A DNA stretch of 64,000 nt from Octopus sinensis (Eukaryota): positions 24,800,001-24,864,000 of the forward strand of contig NC_042998.1 of NCBI RefSeq assembly GCF_006345805.1. Reading direction: 5' to 3'. Below, in pieces: positions 10,841-24,411 of this stretch (its first letter is position 1; each line of letters starts with the position of its first letter). The notes beneath the pieces are model-generated. The model worked only from the letters and a program-made list of their open reading frames with translations, was not told the origin of the DNA and did not search any database. The translations under genes were made by a program, and so were the position numbers.

Positions 10841-13792
10841 ATATATATATATATGAGATAATGTGTGTATGTATATATATTTATGTATGTATTTATGCAT
10901 TTATATGTGTATACGGTAATATCTATCTATCTATTTGTCTATCTATCTGTCTGCCTGTCTATCTACACACACACACACATATGTATGTTATGTATATACG
11001 CAAACATCATCCACATAAACATGCAATTAATTTTTACATTCCGAGCAATTAGCAGAGGGTCTATTGTGATATAAGATACAAAAATTCTCTTTGAAATCCT
11101 ACGAGTACTGCTGCTTCTGATGTTCCAAAGTTTATTTCAGATTATTTGTTTAATGATAAATATTATTAGATATTTTTATTAAAAGAGTTTGGTTTAAAAT
11201 TGAAATCAACGTTTTCTTCATGGATGATCAAATACTGTTGTTTTGATCATTAATTAGCAATTGAAGACGAAAAGAACTTTTAATTAATATCAACCAATGA
11301 TGTTTTGTTTATATGTTTAATTCTTTTATTCTTGCAAATAAGCTATTGACTAAATAAATATGCCATTTGTGAAAGATAAAAAAAAAAAGATAAAAAGCTT
11401 AGACAGATATTGCAAAGGCTGTATTTGGCACACTGCTGTTTACATATATACATCACTCACAGACATAACACCAATAGGTATATATACACATACACATGTG
11501 CACACATATACATACGTTAGCACTAGGACAACTCATTCACATAGATAGACAAGTGAATGAAATAGAACAGAAAATAAAATAAAATTCAGTTTTTAAACCC
11601 ACACATTTGTGTGTAGAATTTGGTAACAGGCCAGTTGAGTGTAATGAAAGAACTTGATGGTAACAACTGAATAATTAAAGGATAAAGAAATGAATAATAA
11701 GTGTTATTAATTTTGGTACAAAGCCAAAATTTGAGGGGGTTATTCAAATATATTAACCGAGCATTGGCTGAGTTAATATATTAAGCCAGCATTGATTGTA
11801 TACTTTATTCTACTGACTCTTGTGGGATGAAAGGCAAGGTTAATCTGAAGAGGATTTGAACACAGAATAAAAAGTTAGAACACATAGCACAAAGTATTTT
11901 CTCTAAATCTTTGTTCTTTATGGCAAGCCATAGTGTGACTCCAACTAAAGCCTTGTGAGCAGATTTGATACATGGAAACTGAAAGAAGCCTGTGGAGGAG
12001 CGTGGCTTAGTGGTTAGGGTGCTGGATTCATAGTCGCAAGATTGTGGTTTCAATTTCTGGACCGGGCGATGTGTTGTGTTCCTGCTCATATATATTTAAA
12101 TAATAAACTTCTGGAAAGTTTTACAGAATTTTTACAGTTCCAGTGATGGATTGGATCTGTAGTCTTCGAATTAACTTTCTCCTTTCTGGTTTTGAGAATA
12201 TGTATGTATATACATATACATATAAATACAAACATACATTTTTTTTTTTATTATCAGTCATCCATAGACAAAACTATAACATCTTCAAGTCAATAATCTT
12301 TCCTCTGCAAAATAGTATCAGTTACTTGCAGATCCTCACAGAACGGTTTTTATTTCAGAGATTTTCTTTCTCCTTGTTGGATTGTCTTCAGTAAGACTGG
12401 GGAGCACTACCTACTCTTGATTGTATTGGATGGCTTTCCTGAGTTCTTCTGCCCTTTGATGGTCTTTGTTTTTCATCTTGCAGAGCGTCCAAAATCGCTC
12501 TCTTCACCAAGCAATCTTATTGAGGTTACCAGTTTAGTAGCTGACGACCTGACCCTGCAACTGGTTGTACTGAGTTACATGTTACCAGCAGCACAAGAAC
12601 AACCTCACACACTCACACACACACAAATCTTTGACTTTGAAGCTCCACTTTAGCACAACTTGCCAACATCTAACAGTGTACAAACTCACTGACTGACCAA
12701 ATTAAGAAAATACACGTTAAGCTTAATGGAATGTATCTTGAAGGGTTGATGTACACATCTAATTATTTTTGATACTTAGATAAAATAACTATCACACTTG
12801 TCTTACTGTATATAAGGTGACTTAATGGTGAAGTTACTTCAAAATTTAATCTACCGTGTTCAATAGAAGAATTTACCATATCAGTCTGAAGGATTTGGAT
12901 AATGCTATTTATTCACTAGCATTGAATTTTTATTTTGACATTTTTGTGTTAACCTACTGAATTCAAGGCACGAGCTAATTTCAAAATGTTGTCACCAGAA
13001 CAAATTTGTCATAAGAATCTTTTATTTACTTACAGACTGATTACACTGAAATTTTACAGGATGATTTTCTTTAAAATTAATTGGTCATTTGGAAATTTCT
13101 CAAAGTTTTATAGTAAACTATGCAAATTTAGAATTATTTTTCCTGACATGCAATCTTATTAGTGGCTCTCAAATGCAGTCTTTCTAGTGGCTCAATGCTG
13201 TTCATATAAATTTTGAAGAATTAAAACAGAATAAATTGTCTTGCCTTCTTGTGTCTTTTTTTCAATATTGTTAAAAGAAGCTGAATCTATTTGATGGTTC
13301 TTGTGAACATTCATACAGTAGTTTATTCTATTACATTACATTTGTTTATTCATTTAAACACAAATAAACAGTTTTCACAATACTGTAAACATATATATTC
13401 ATCTGTCCACTTCACCATTACTCTTTCAGTCCCTTTTTTTATTTCTTTTTCACATCTCTTCCTTATTTTTTTAATATATTCTATAAACCAAATTACATCC
13501 ACTTTCCTCTTTCTCCTTTTTTTTTTTTTTGTTGTTTCCTAGTCATTTTAAAGCAATTTTCAAATATTTTTTTCTTTTGCAGAAGAGTGAGAACTTCCAG
13601 AAATATGACCAATTTCTTTTCTCATAACTGGAAAATAAACTTGAATTTGTCTACAAAATCCAATTCACCTTTCAACTTTATTGTTAATGCATTTTACGTT
13701 TTTGTAATTTTTGTACCATGAACAGCATTCTCTTTACTATCATTATATGTTTCTCCCTTTACTTCAATATTTATTATCTTGAAGGGTTGATG

Positions 13793-13886
13793 TAACCACT
13801 ATGCCATATGCCCTCGGACATTTGGTGTAGTGGTTAAGAGTGCGGGCTACTAACCCCAAGATTCTGAGTTCGATTCCAGGTAGTGA

Positions 13887-13933
<47 letters not shown>

Positions 13934-14126
13934 TAATAATATTGGGAAAATACTTTAGGAATGAGAACCTAGGTTCGGAATTCTCCCAGGACACCCGATG
14001 AAGGCTGGAGAGTACATCAGCTGAAATGTTATTAACAACAAACAAGATGAGGACAAATTTCTTTCAAATGTAAATAATGAAAATAATGAAGAGAATAATT
14101 GTTCACCTCTCAAATATAGAACTGTA
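13793..14126 (+). mobile_element. Composite element: hairpin + tRNA-derived head + (AAT)n + hammerhead-like motif + Penelope-like tail
   Basis: A box 13823-13833, B box 13866-13877, HHR-like motif 13990-14033; tail homologous to 60979-61110 and about 2880-2922. Confidence 0.65.
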
Positions 14127-14196
14127 TTTATTTTTCTTCCTTTCTGTAACTCTTCCTCTTTCCCTCCTCTCTCTGTATATATGTCTGTGGGTGTGT

Positions 14197-14232
<36 letters not shown>

Positions 14233-14396
14233 ACAAGATCGCTAATTTAAATTAAATAACGATCTTATCAAGTGGCCGGTGATGTTTTAACTATATTGCA
14301 TGATGGAGTTACAAAGCAGGCAATTTATGCCGGTCGTGTTGCATACGTGCATATATATGTATGTATACATTCGTATATGTAAGTATTCATATGTTG

Positions 14397-14440
<44 letters not shown>

Positions 14441-14599
14441 TGTTGAAATGGAAAGATGAATTATCTTGTTACGGATTATTCAAAAAGTTTAACCGATACC
14501 TGGGTAGCAAAAATCACAGCAGAAAAAACACGGTTGGACATATGACCATATGGTGTTGCAACCGTGCGTTGGTGCGGATAATTGAAGTTTAATATAATT

Positions 14600-14896
14600 A
14601 GTGAATGGAAGAAATGGAGTTGAACGAAGATTGTACAGAATTCCTTTTATTACATTCTACACATGTTTCAAAGGCCACAATTTTCCAAATTCTGATTAAA
14701 TAAGGATACCATATTGCAGCTTTCTCTTCAGGAAAAAACCAGAATTACGTTGTCAGAACAAAACAAAACAAAGGCGCAGCAAAATATGGTATCCTTATTT
14801 AATCAGAATTTGGAAAATTGTGGCCTTTGAAACATGTGTAGAATGTAATAAAAGGAATTCTGTACAATCTTCGTTCAACTCCATTTCTTCCATTCA

Positions 14897-14898
<2 letters not shown>
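14600..14898. repeat. 116-bp perfect inverted repeat abutting (TA)n
   Basis: 14600-14715 is the reverse complement of 14783-14898. Confidence 0.92.
14655..14734 (-). ncRNA. Type-I hammerhead ribozyme-like motif
   Basis: UUC-CUGAAGA-GAAAGCUGCAAU...AUUGUGGCCUUU-GAAA-C-AUGU-GUA^GAA; 12-bp stem II with one mismatch; palindromic ACAUGU in stem III. Confidence 0.65.
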
Positions 14899-14985
<87 letters not shown>

Positions 14986-15011
14986 GTGCATTTATGTTAC
15001 TCTCTGCATAT

Positions 15012-15070
15012 ATTCCACTGATGAGGCAAAGCATTTCTAAATGCAAAGTCAGAAATCCAGGATCTGGAAT
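15012..15070 (+). ncRNA. Type-I hammerhead ribozyme-like motif
   Basis: AUUCCA-CUGAUGA-GGC(AAA)GCAUUU(CU)AAAUGC(AAA)GUC-A-GAAA-UCCAGGA-UC^UGGAAU; 6-bp stem I; near-palindromic stem III. Confidence 0.75.
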
Positions 15071-15995
15071 TAACCAGTAATTTTTTAGTGGTTTTATTTT
15101 GTTTTTTTTTGTCTTCTTTCCTTGTGCTGTATGGGCATTTAATGTGGTTTTAGCGTCAGAGCTTGGCTGCTATTTTCAGCATGGCGGTATCTCTTAGATA
15201 CCCTAATTATAATTATAGATACAAACACACACACACATATTTATATATATATTTATACAACTCTTTCCATTACAGTAGATTCCATAACTCGATCATAAGC
15301 CCTACCATATGTTATCCACTATTGTGCTCACCCATAATACTTATATTCCTTTTTTTTTTATAATACAGAGTGCCTACCTTCTTACTATTCATCAAAATAT
15401 AAACCCAAATTCATTGCTATTTATTCTGTTATTCTGCTTACAGTCAATCTGACTTATTCTTTCTTATTCCCTTTCACAATCCAGTCTAATGAATAAATAC
15501 TATCTTTTTCTATAAAGCTCATTGTATTCAGTATTAAACAGGGATTATCGTTCTTTCTTATTCCATAATCCTTGTACATTTCTATGTTTCTTTAATCTTT
15601 TCTTTCTCTTCTATTTTAATTTTTTTTTTTTTTTGCCTCCATACTTCCTGTTTCTCTCCACTTTTTTTCAGTACACCTAATTTTCTCCCTTTTATTCCCT
15701 GCCTTTAAATCTAAATACCTTGTTAAATCTTAGATATTTAAGGTTTTATTGATGAGGTAATTGAAAACTTCATTTTTGACCAAATTTCCAACACTTATAA
15801 AAGCCTTTAATTTAAATAAAGATTTCAACCATTCCAAAAATATTAACACAAATCTTGACATAAATATAGTAAAACTCTGTTTTAATTGCTCTCTATAGTA
15901 CATATGTAAATATGCACATACATGCTGACACACACTTATATATGTCTGTGTGTGTGGTGTGTGTACGTGTGTGTGTGTGTATGTCTGTGTGTGTG

Positions 15996-16310
15996 TAGGC
16001 ATAATGGCCCAGTGGTTAAGGGAGCGGACTCGTAGGTCAGAGAACCACGGTTTCAATTCCCAGACCGGGCGCTGTGTGTGTTTATTGAGCGAAAACACCT
16101 AAAGCTCCATGAGGCTCTGGCAGGGGGTTGGGGGGGGCGACCCCTGTTGTACTCTTTCGTGCCAAACTTTCTCTCACTCTTTCTTCCTGTTTCTTGAGTA
16201 ATGCTGTAATTGACTGGCATCCCGTCCAGCTGGGGGGAACACATATGCCATAGAAACTGGGAAACCAGATCCACGAGCCTGGCTAGGCTTGAAAAGGACG
16301 GATAAATAAA
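15996..16310 (+). mobile_element. SINE, head A / tail Y
   Basis: TGGCCCAGTGG A box; ends GAGCCTGGCTAGGCTTGAAAAGG plus an A-rich tail. Confidence 0.8.
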
Positions 16311-17560
16311 ATTTTAAAAAAAATATATATATAAACATGGACACAGCCTTAAGGCTGAAGTATATAAAAGAATAAAAGAATACACACACGCATTCATACA
16401 TATAAGATGATGATGATTTGCATATACATACATACTTATATATAAACATATATGTTTTTATATACACAAAACAAATATAGATATGTGCATAATATATACA
16501 CATATATTTTAACATATTCAATAATATATTTGCATATATATTTGGCTAATAACTGTTTAAAAGCTATTTTGCACTGCAGGATTCATTTGTCTCTCATTTC
16601 CTGTGTTCTTAATTAGGCTATTAATTGCCGCCATAAGCAGATCTATAAAACTAAGGAAAAAAAAATCATTTTTGCTCATTTGTTTTACAAATAAAGGACT
16701 CTGAACTTAAAGCTTTCATTTGACATGCTGCTTCCATGATAGCAATTAAAAATAAGATCAAAAAGGAATTAGAAAACTATCAATAAGAAAAATAAATAAC
16801 TGTAATTATTGAAGAATGCAAGAAGCAAACAATAGATTAAAGATAAGGATTAAAGATCAAAAGTTCAACAACTATATTATCCAACTTGAGAAATTTTTAT
16901 TCAGATGCAAATGACCTTAATGTATTAAAGAAATGGATCAATCAAAATTTAGGGGAAATGTACTTAAAAGAAGGAAATAAATTCAAAATATATGCAGCAA
17001 GAATTGCTACACAGACAATAGCCACTAGATTGCAACAATAAGTTAAAATATTCCTGTATTTAGGCTTCTTTTGTTTTGTTGGTAATTTTTATTATATATA
17101 TATATATATTTTTTTTTTTATGTCCAATTTTTCTTATCTGAAACTTTCAGAAAGGATTATGCACAGGACTTGATAGAATCGCTATTGGTATCGGTACTTG
17201 AGAAGTGGAAATGTTTTATTTATTAGCTTGCAATACTTTTTATTATGCAGCATTCAATGATGCACTGAATGAGCTTGTTTCCATTTTAAAGAATGCAAAT
17301 TTATTGATAAAGACTAATTGATCCATATATTTATATTTACAGACGCTATTGAGAAATGGTAATCTCTTATTGTACAATGATTTGGAAACTATTCTTCAAT
17401 GCTTGATTAAAGATATTGAAAATTCATAATGCTGTTGATTTGGTGGAAAACCATGAATATCACAACTTCTTGCATTCCATTTTGAAATGTAAGGATTTTG
17501 ACTCACCTATACCCAAACTTTAAATGAGGCCAAAATAGAATAATATTTACCCTCAAAACA

Positions 17561-17792
17561 GGGCAGCGAGCTTGCAGAAACATTAGCACACCGGAGGAAA
17601 TGCTTAGCAGTATTTCGTCTGCCGCTACGTTCTGAGTTCAAATTCCACCGAGGTCGACTTTGCCTTTCATCCTTTCGGGGTCGATTAAATGAGTACCAGT
17701 TACGTACTGGGGTCGATATAATCGACTTAATCCATTTGTCTGTCTTTGTTTGTCCCCTGTGTGTAGCCCCTTGTGAGCAGTAAAGGAATAAG
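17561..17792 (+). mobile_element. SINE family D
   Basis: GGCAGCGAGCTTGCAGAAAC...GAGTTCAAATTCC...GCCCCTTGTG. Confidence 0.8.
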
Positions 17793-17801
17793 AAGTCAGC
17801 T

Positions 17802-17960
17802 AGGTACAGGTGTGGCTGTGTGGTAAGAAGTTTGCTTTCCAACTACATGGCATTCGGTTCGGCCCCACTGCATGGCAGCTTAGGTCTGCTAATAAAACAT
17901 CAGTCTGATCAAAGCATTGTGAGTGGATTTGGTAGACGGAAACTGAAAGAAGCATGTCTT
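17802..17960 (+). mobile_element. SINE family C, 5' part
   Basis: GTGGCTGTGTGGTAAG...GGTAGACGGAAACTGAAAGAAGC. Confidence 0.75.
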
Positions 17961-18237
17961 ATACATAATATGCATGTGTGTGTGTCTGTAAGTATATATG
18001 TATATATATTTGTTTTGACAGGTAGATAAAGAGATTGATAGGTATGTATATAATGTATGTATATATGTATATAAGCATGTATGAGTGTGCGTGTGTTTCT
18101 GTTTTACTGGCCCATTACCTTAGCTTCATGTGATACTTGTAAATAAATGTCACTATTTTGGAAGCAGTGTTCTTCATTCCCAGTCTTCTGTGAAAACATT
18201 TCTGGTCATGGGGAAATATTTACCTTGCGAGCTGGCA

Positions 18238-18470
18238 AGGCGGCGAGCTGGCAGAAACGTTAGCATGCCGGGCGAAATGCTTAGCGGTATTTCGTCTGCC
18301 GTTACGTTCTGAGTTCAAATTCCGCCGAGGTCGACTTTGCCTTTCATCCTTTTGGGGTCGATAAATTAAGTACCAGCTACGCACTGGGGTCGATGTAATC
18401 GACTTAATACCTATGTCTGTCCTTGTTTGTCCACTCTATGTTTAGCCCCTTGTGGGTAATAAAGAAATAG
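18238..18470 (+). mobile_element. SINE family D
   Basis: Full-length homologue of 2923-3155. Confidence 0.85.
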
Positions 18471-19057
18471 GTATCATTAATAAATACATATTAAGAATGT
18501 CTTAATGCATTCCAGTAAACTAAAACATGAAATCGAAGAGTGAAAAGCCCTGTCCACTTTCGAGCTTGTCAGAACATGTTATAAATAGATAAAGACATCG
18601 TTCTTCAGATTCTTTTTGCATACCTATAATACTGTAACATCAACTAATATTTTTCGTCCACACTTTTACTTAACTTTCAGTTTAAATAATTCCAGCATAG
18701 ATACAATACCAGTAAAATAACTATAAATCAATTATAATTTCACCAAACTTACCTAAAATACTTTAGGATATGCAAAAATATTAGCATTTACCAATATAGT
18801 TTATACAGTTTGTAAAAATATAAATAATTTTCCAGGTTCTTCAGCGATGTGTAATATTCTCCTGAAATACAGGAATAATCATAAATTCTCTTTTCTGTCA
18901 ACTGAAAGGGTCTGAATTTATGAAAAATGCTCAGACCTCTTATATCAAGTGAATAACTACATTTGCTATTTTGGGTGTCTGATATACTGAATGATTTAAG
19001 CAAATATAAATTGAATCCCAAACAGCATTATTGTATATGTATATAATTCATTTATTC

Positions 19058-19457
19058 TTTTACTCTTTTACCCATTTCAGTCATTTGACTGTAGCCATGC
19101 TGGAGCACTGCCTTTAGTCAAGCAAATCGACCCCAGGACTTATTCTTGTAAGTCTAGTACTTATTTTATTGGTCTCTTTTGCCAAACCGCTAAGTTACGG
19201 GGACGTAAACACACCAGCATCAGTTGTCAAGCGATGTTGGGTGGGGACAAACAGACACACAGACACATACACATACATATATATACATATATACGACAGG
19301 CTTCTTTCAGTTTCCATCTACCAAATCCACTCACAAGGCTTTGGTTGACCCAAGGCTATAGTAGAAGACATTTACCCAAGGTGCCACATAGTGGGACTGA
19401 ACCCAGAACCGTGTGGTTCATAAGCAAGCTACTTACTACAGAGCTACTCCTATACCT
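19058..19457 (-). mobile_element. SINE family C
   Basis: About 400-bp repeat with an internal TA/TG microsatellite and (AGTAAAAG)n tail; more than 10 copies in the window. Confidence 0.85.
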
Positions 19458-20616
19458 AAGAGAAAAGAATATTGCAAAGTGAAAGAAAAATAAGTGGAAG
19501 GAATTTCAAAACAATTCTGAAATCATTCTCTAAACTTCAAATATGATCTTTATTATTGTATTTGGGTGAAAATTCTTCTGCACATAACTACAATGTGTGT
19601 TTCAAATTGAGTGAAACTGAGCAAATTTAGGTCAATTTCATCATGTTTTCTTTTATTTCTTGTATCAGGTGAAACAGAAATGTATCTACCCTTTGCTCAA
19701 ATTCAAAAATCTAGTACACTTTGTGTATATAAATATATATGTGCACGCATGCTTGTGTGTAATATAATACTTATGGATGGGCCTTGTGCCTAGAGTAGAA
19801 AAGAATATAATATTTATGGACACTGACCATAAATATCATATTACATCCTCTCACAGACTAAATTCTTAACCTAATTCCACCCCTTAATGCCTACAACAGC
19901 TAATTTTGCTGATCATTCTTCCATTTCATAGCAAGCCTCAACAAACTTCAGTCATTTCCCTACTGCATTTTTGTGATATTCTTTTGTTTTTGAAATTATG
20001 TTTCATCTGATGATTACGGCTTTTGCAATGAAGTAAAGTTCTCATTTTTCTATTAAAAAAATATGTAAGAAACAGCTGTAATGACCTGACAATTATGCAT
20101 TGCTTGCCATAATGAGTTGCTCCTTGTCATGTTGCAAGCTGCAAGGCAACCCCAACAGTGTTAGTTCCCTGCTGCCCCAAAAGCACACAGGAGGCTCTAA
20201 GTGATTGGAAACTGGTTCAAACCTTGACATTGCACGGTTTAAGAGGGCTCTTTACTCTTGCTGATGGCAATGCAGTCTCTGTAGTGCTAGTGTTCCCTCC
20301 AAATGGAACCTCTGCAAAAGGGGCCGATATACAGTCATAAAAAAAACCATGCTAAAAAATGTGAGAAATTGGAAGAAGGCGTTGTCCTCAAATTGTTGAA
20401 TTCTGTTGAACCAACCCACCCATGCCAGCATGAAAAACAAACATAAAATGATGGTGATGATATACATACACACATATCTACTTACACACACACATGTTAT
20501 GCATATATGCATGCATGTTGCGGTGTACATATATATATACATATATAACATTATATATATAAATATATATAAATATATATGAATATATATAAATATATAT
20601 AAATATATATATATAT

Positions 20617-20620
<4 letters not shown>

Positions 20621-20648
<28 letters not shown>

Positions 20649-22392
20649 TGTGTACAGTGCTCAGGTGCACTACAACTATCTAAAGTGTATATATAATCAG
20701 GTGTAGTTTCGGCGGATTTCGGAAAGCATGAGGGCCTTAAAAGATGCAGTGTCATGGCAGTCAACAACTGACGCAGGCAGTTTATTCCATGCTTCAGCAA
20801 CTCTGAGCGTGAAAAAATGTTTCCGAAAGTCATGGGAGCTGATTGTTTTCTGACTTTGTAGGCATGTCCACGTGTGTTAGACACATGGAGATCAAAAAGG
20901 TGTTCAGTGTTGTTGTTGGTGAGGTGGTTGATAACTTTGTGGGTGTTTACCAAGTCCGTCGCCAAACGCCGGAGCTTCAGTGAATCCATGCCCAGGGAAA
21001 CAAGCGCTCAGAATATGGTAGGTGTCTGATGGAGGGTATGCGTTTGGTTGCACGTCTCTGGACAGATTCCAGGAGATCAATGTTCTGTGCAAGATAGGGG
21101 TTCCAAACTGATGATGCGAATTCCAAGTGTGGTCGTACCATAGCTGTATACAGTTTTAAATAGATGGCTGGAGAGCGGCTAACAAAAGACCTGCTGAGTG
21201 ATGCCAAAACACCCTCGGCCTTCCTGACAATCTTAGAGATATGCTTTGACCAACGCAAATCACTGCTGACAGTGATGCCTAGGTCACGCTCGCAAGAGGA
21301 TTTCTTGATATCAGTGTTGTGGAGGGAGTAAGTGAACGCAGGGTTTTTTCTCCCAAAATGCATGGTGGTACACTTGTCCACAGCCAGTTTCAGTTGCCAG
21401 TCTGTGATCCATTGCTGCATTGTGTCTAGGTCTGATTGCAGGAAAGAGTTGTAGACATCAGGATCTGTCCTCTTGATTTCAAGGTACAGCTTGATGTCGT
21501 CTGCATATTTCAATACTGTGGCATTCTTTAAATTGGCATCTATGTCGTTAATGTATGCCACAAACAAGAGGGGACCAAGGACAGATCCCTGTGGTACACC
21601 CGATGACATCTCATATGGTGTAGAGTGCTGTCCTAGAACTGTGACTACCTCCTTCGGCTGAGGATGAAGGATTTCAACCAGTTAAAAAGGTCATCCCCCA
21701 CACCCATTGCAGAGAGTTTCACCATAAGCCTTTTGTGTGGCACAGAGTTGAAAGCCTTAGCAAAGTCAAGGTAGACAACATCCACCCATGAGCCACTGTC
21801 AGTAATCTGAGTAATGTCCTCAAGGAACTCGACAAGCTGGTCACTGCAGCTGGAGTTAGGGACAAATCCATATTGTGAGGGTCGGATGAGACTGTGAGAG
21901 CTCCAGAAGTTCCAGAGTGTTTCTCTGACCACGATTCCATCAGTTTTGCAATACAGCTAGTGAGACTGACTGGGCGGGCGATAGTGACAGGTGATGTGCG
22001 GTCGCCCTTTTGAAAGAGGAATGACACTGGCAGTTTTCCACTGCTCCGGAGTAGCACCATTGTTGAGACAGTACTGGAAGAAAATAGAAAGCTGGTGTTG
22101 TAAAGGAAGGAAGTGCCTGCCACGTTTGAGAAGCAGGTATGTAACTCCATCGAGACCAGGGGAGGCATAGTTGCGCTTTGCTTTTTGAAGGTGACGTTGC
22201 AGCATTGCAGGTGTAAATTCCATAGTTGTTATGGAGTTTGCTGTTAGTGATGGTGAAGATGGTACATTTTGACTTTCAAGAGTGAATATGTTTGCATAGC
22301 ACCACGGCAATGAGTTCTGCGCATTCCTTGGGGTCGTCAGTGATCTGGTTTGTGTGAGGGTTGCGAAGAGGGCCCACTGGAGAGTGAGGTCT
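20621..22392 (-). mobile_element. 5'-truncated CR1-clade LINE (RT domain, frameshifted) with (TTA)n tail
   Basis: ORF fragments DVVYLDFAKAFNSVPH, GVPQGSVLGPLLF, YADD, MVRPHLEFASSVWNP and TRGHAYK; inserted within TA-rich microsatellite. Confidence 0.92.
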
Positions 22393-23566
22393 CTACATAT
22401 ATATATTAAATAAAATACTATATATATATATATAAATATATATATAATATATATATATAATGTACATATAAATAAAATATATAATGTACATATATAAATA
22501 TATATATATATATACATATATATACATATATACATTATATATATATATATAAAAATACATATATATATGTGTATATATATATATATGTATGTGTGTATAT
22601 ATATATATATATATATTTAATATGTGTGTGTGGTGTGTATGTATGTATATATCCACACACATATATATATATATGTAACCATGTGTATACTGTATACATA
22701 TATTTCATTCAGATTTTTAAGCCATTATTCTTTGTCACCAGATGCTATTAATCTCACTTTAGTGTCTCAATTTATCAGTTTTGCTTCCAGATATTCTACT
22801 TTTTGCCTTTTGTTTGTTCAGCTTTGATATATGTTCTGTCATTGCTTTTTCTAACTTGCATAACCCACAGTCAATATGTTCTAATTCATCTCTCTTCATA
22901 TCATGGACTTCCCTTTTTGTTTTCTTCCCACCTCTATCACTGACTCTTGCATGTTTTTTTCCAGCTTTAGTCTTCTTTTGGTTGTATGTTGTATTGTTTT
23001 CAAAGTTGCTAGTGTGCTACAGAAAACACAAAAACAACCTTATCCTTTGAACTACAACTTTAAAACCACTAAAAGTTCGAAGGTGGAATGCATTTAAGTA
23101 AGTTTCGTGTCTATAAATAGCCGTAATAATATATATATTTCGAAATAACTTGATAGACTTGATGAGAACGGAAATTTTTGCGAATGTCAAAAAAATAAAA
23201 AGGTAAAATGATTTGTTAACCATGTTTCTAACATTTTTGTCTATGATTGCATACACTATACATACATGCACACATACATACATATATGCATACATACATG
23301 CATACATACATGCACACATACATACATATATGCATACATACATGCATACATACCTACACACATACATCCATACATACATACATGCATATATACATGCATA
23401 CATACATACATACATACATACATACATGCATACATACATACATACATACATACATACATACATGCATGCATGCATACATACATACACACACGCATGCATA
23501 TATACATACATATATAAATATATACATATACACATACGTATATATATATATATATATATACATATA

Positions 23567-23752
23567 TAGGGAGAGTTTACGAAAAAAACAAGATGAAGAC
23601 AGGTGGTGTACAAAACAAACAGATGTATTAGTACAACGTTCAGGAATAGAAAACATCTTTTACGTTTTGAGCCTACGCTCTTCTACAGAAAGGGACACAG
23701 AAAAAACAAGGACAGAAAAAAATGTGTGTAGTGGCTAACGATCTATCATGGC
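23567..23752 (-). mobile_element. About 185-bp microsatellite-embedded element with hammerhead-like motif
   Basis: Near-identical to 38557-38745; the motif at 23657-23696 has GAAA mutated to AAAA. Confidence 0.7.
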
Positions 23753-23768
23753 GATAGATAGATAGATT

Positions 23769-23852
<84 letters not shown>

Positions 23853-23879
23853 TATAGATAGATAGATATACTTATAAAT

Positions 23880-24283
23880 TGAGGATATAATCATTAAAAT
23901 GATTATATCAGTGGCTATATGGTTATATATTATTTTTGGTGTATGTAGGTGGTTTATTAGTAATATTTATATATATTATTAGTCTTATTCCTAATTTGAT
24001 TTTTTTTTCTAAGGGATTAATTATATATATGTTGGTTGGATTTCTTTCTTTTTTTTTGATGAATATAATTTCTATATATTATTATTTGGATGTTAATATG
24101 AGGGTAATAAAGATAATGGAGGTTAAATTTTTGAGATTAGGTATATCAAGTTTATTAATAAGAAGATTTAATTTTTTTTGTTATGTGTTTTTAGGTGTAT
24201 TATTGTTATTAGTTTTGGTGAGAGTTGTTAAAATTTGTTATTATTGTGAGGGGCCGTTACGAGTATTTAAATATAAAAAATGA
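23880..24283 (+). pseudogene. nad6: NUMT: mitochondrial NADH dehydrogenase subunit 6 fragment
   Basis: LFLVYVGGLLV(M)F(M)YIISLIPN...VVKICYYCEGPLRVF is a typical molluscan ND6; T/G-skewed mitochondrial composition; the 5' part is missing. Confidence 0.88.
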
Positions 24284-24411
24284 CCATATTGGTAAAATTC
24301 ATTTTAAGATATATACTTATATATATTTTAATGTGTATATGGAACCCACGTGTATAAGGAACCCCCTAATTTAAATTTGGGAAAAAGGTTTTGTAAGGGA
24401 TTATAATACTA

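Noticed and set aside
13816-13890. tRNA gene (also heads at 1162, 15996 and others)
   Set aside because: A and B boxes are present, but there is no proper acceptor stem and each continues into a repeat body, so these are SINE-type heads.
16680-16860. Stop-codon readthrough or A-to-I recoding of in-frame stops
   Set aside because: Stop density is compatible with decayed or random AT-rich sequence; nothing supports recoding.
22393-23660. Y/I/M/C/V/H/T-rich ORFs (also 38260-39190, 43487-43991, 48529-49239)
   Set aside because: These are translations of TA, TACA and GATA microsatellites.
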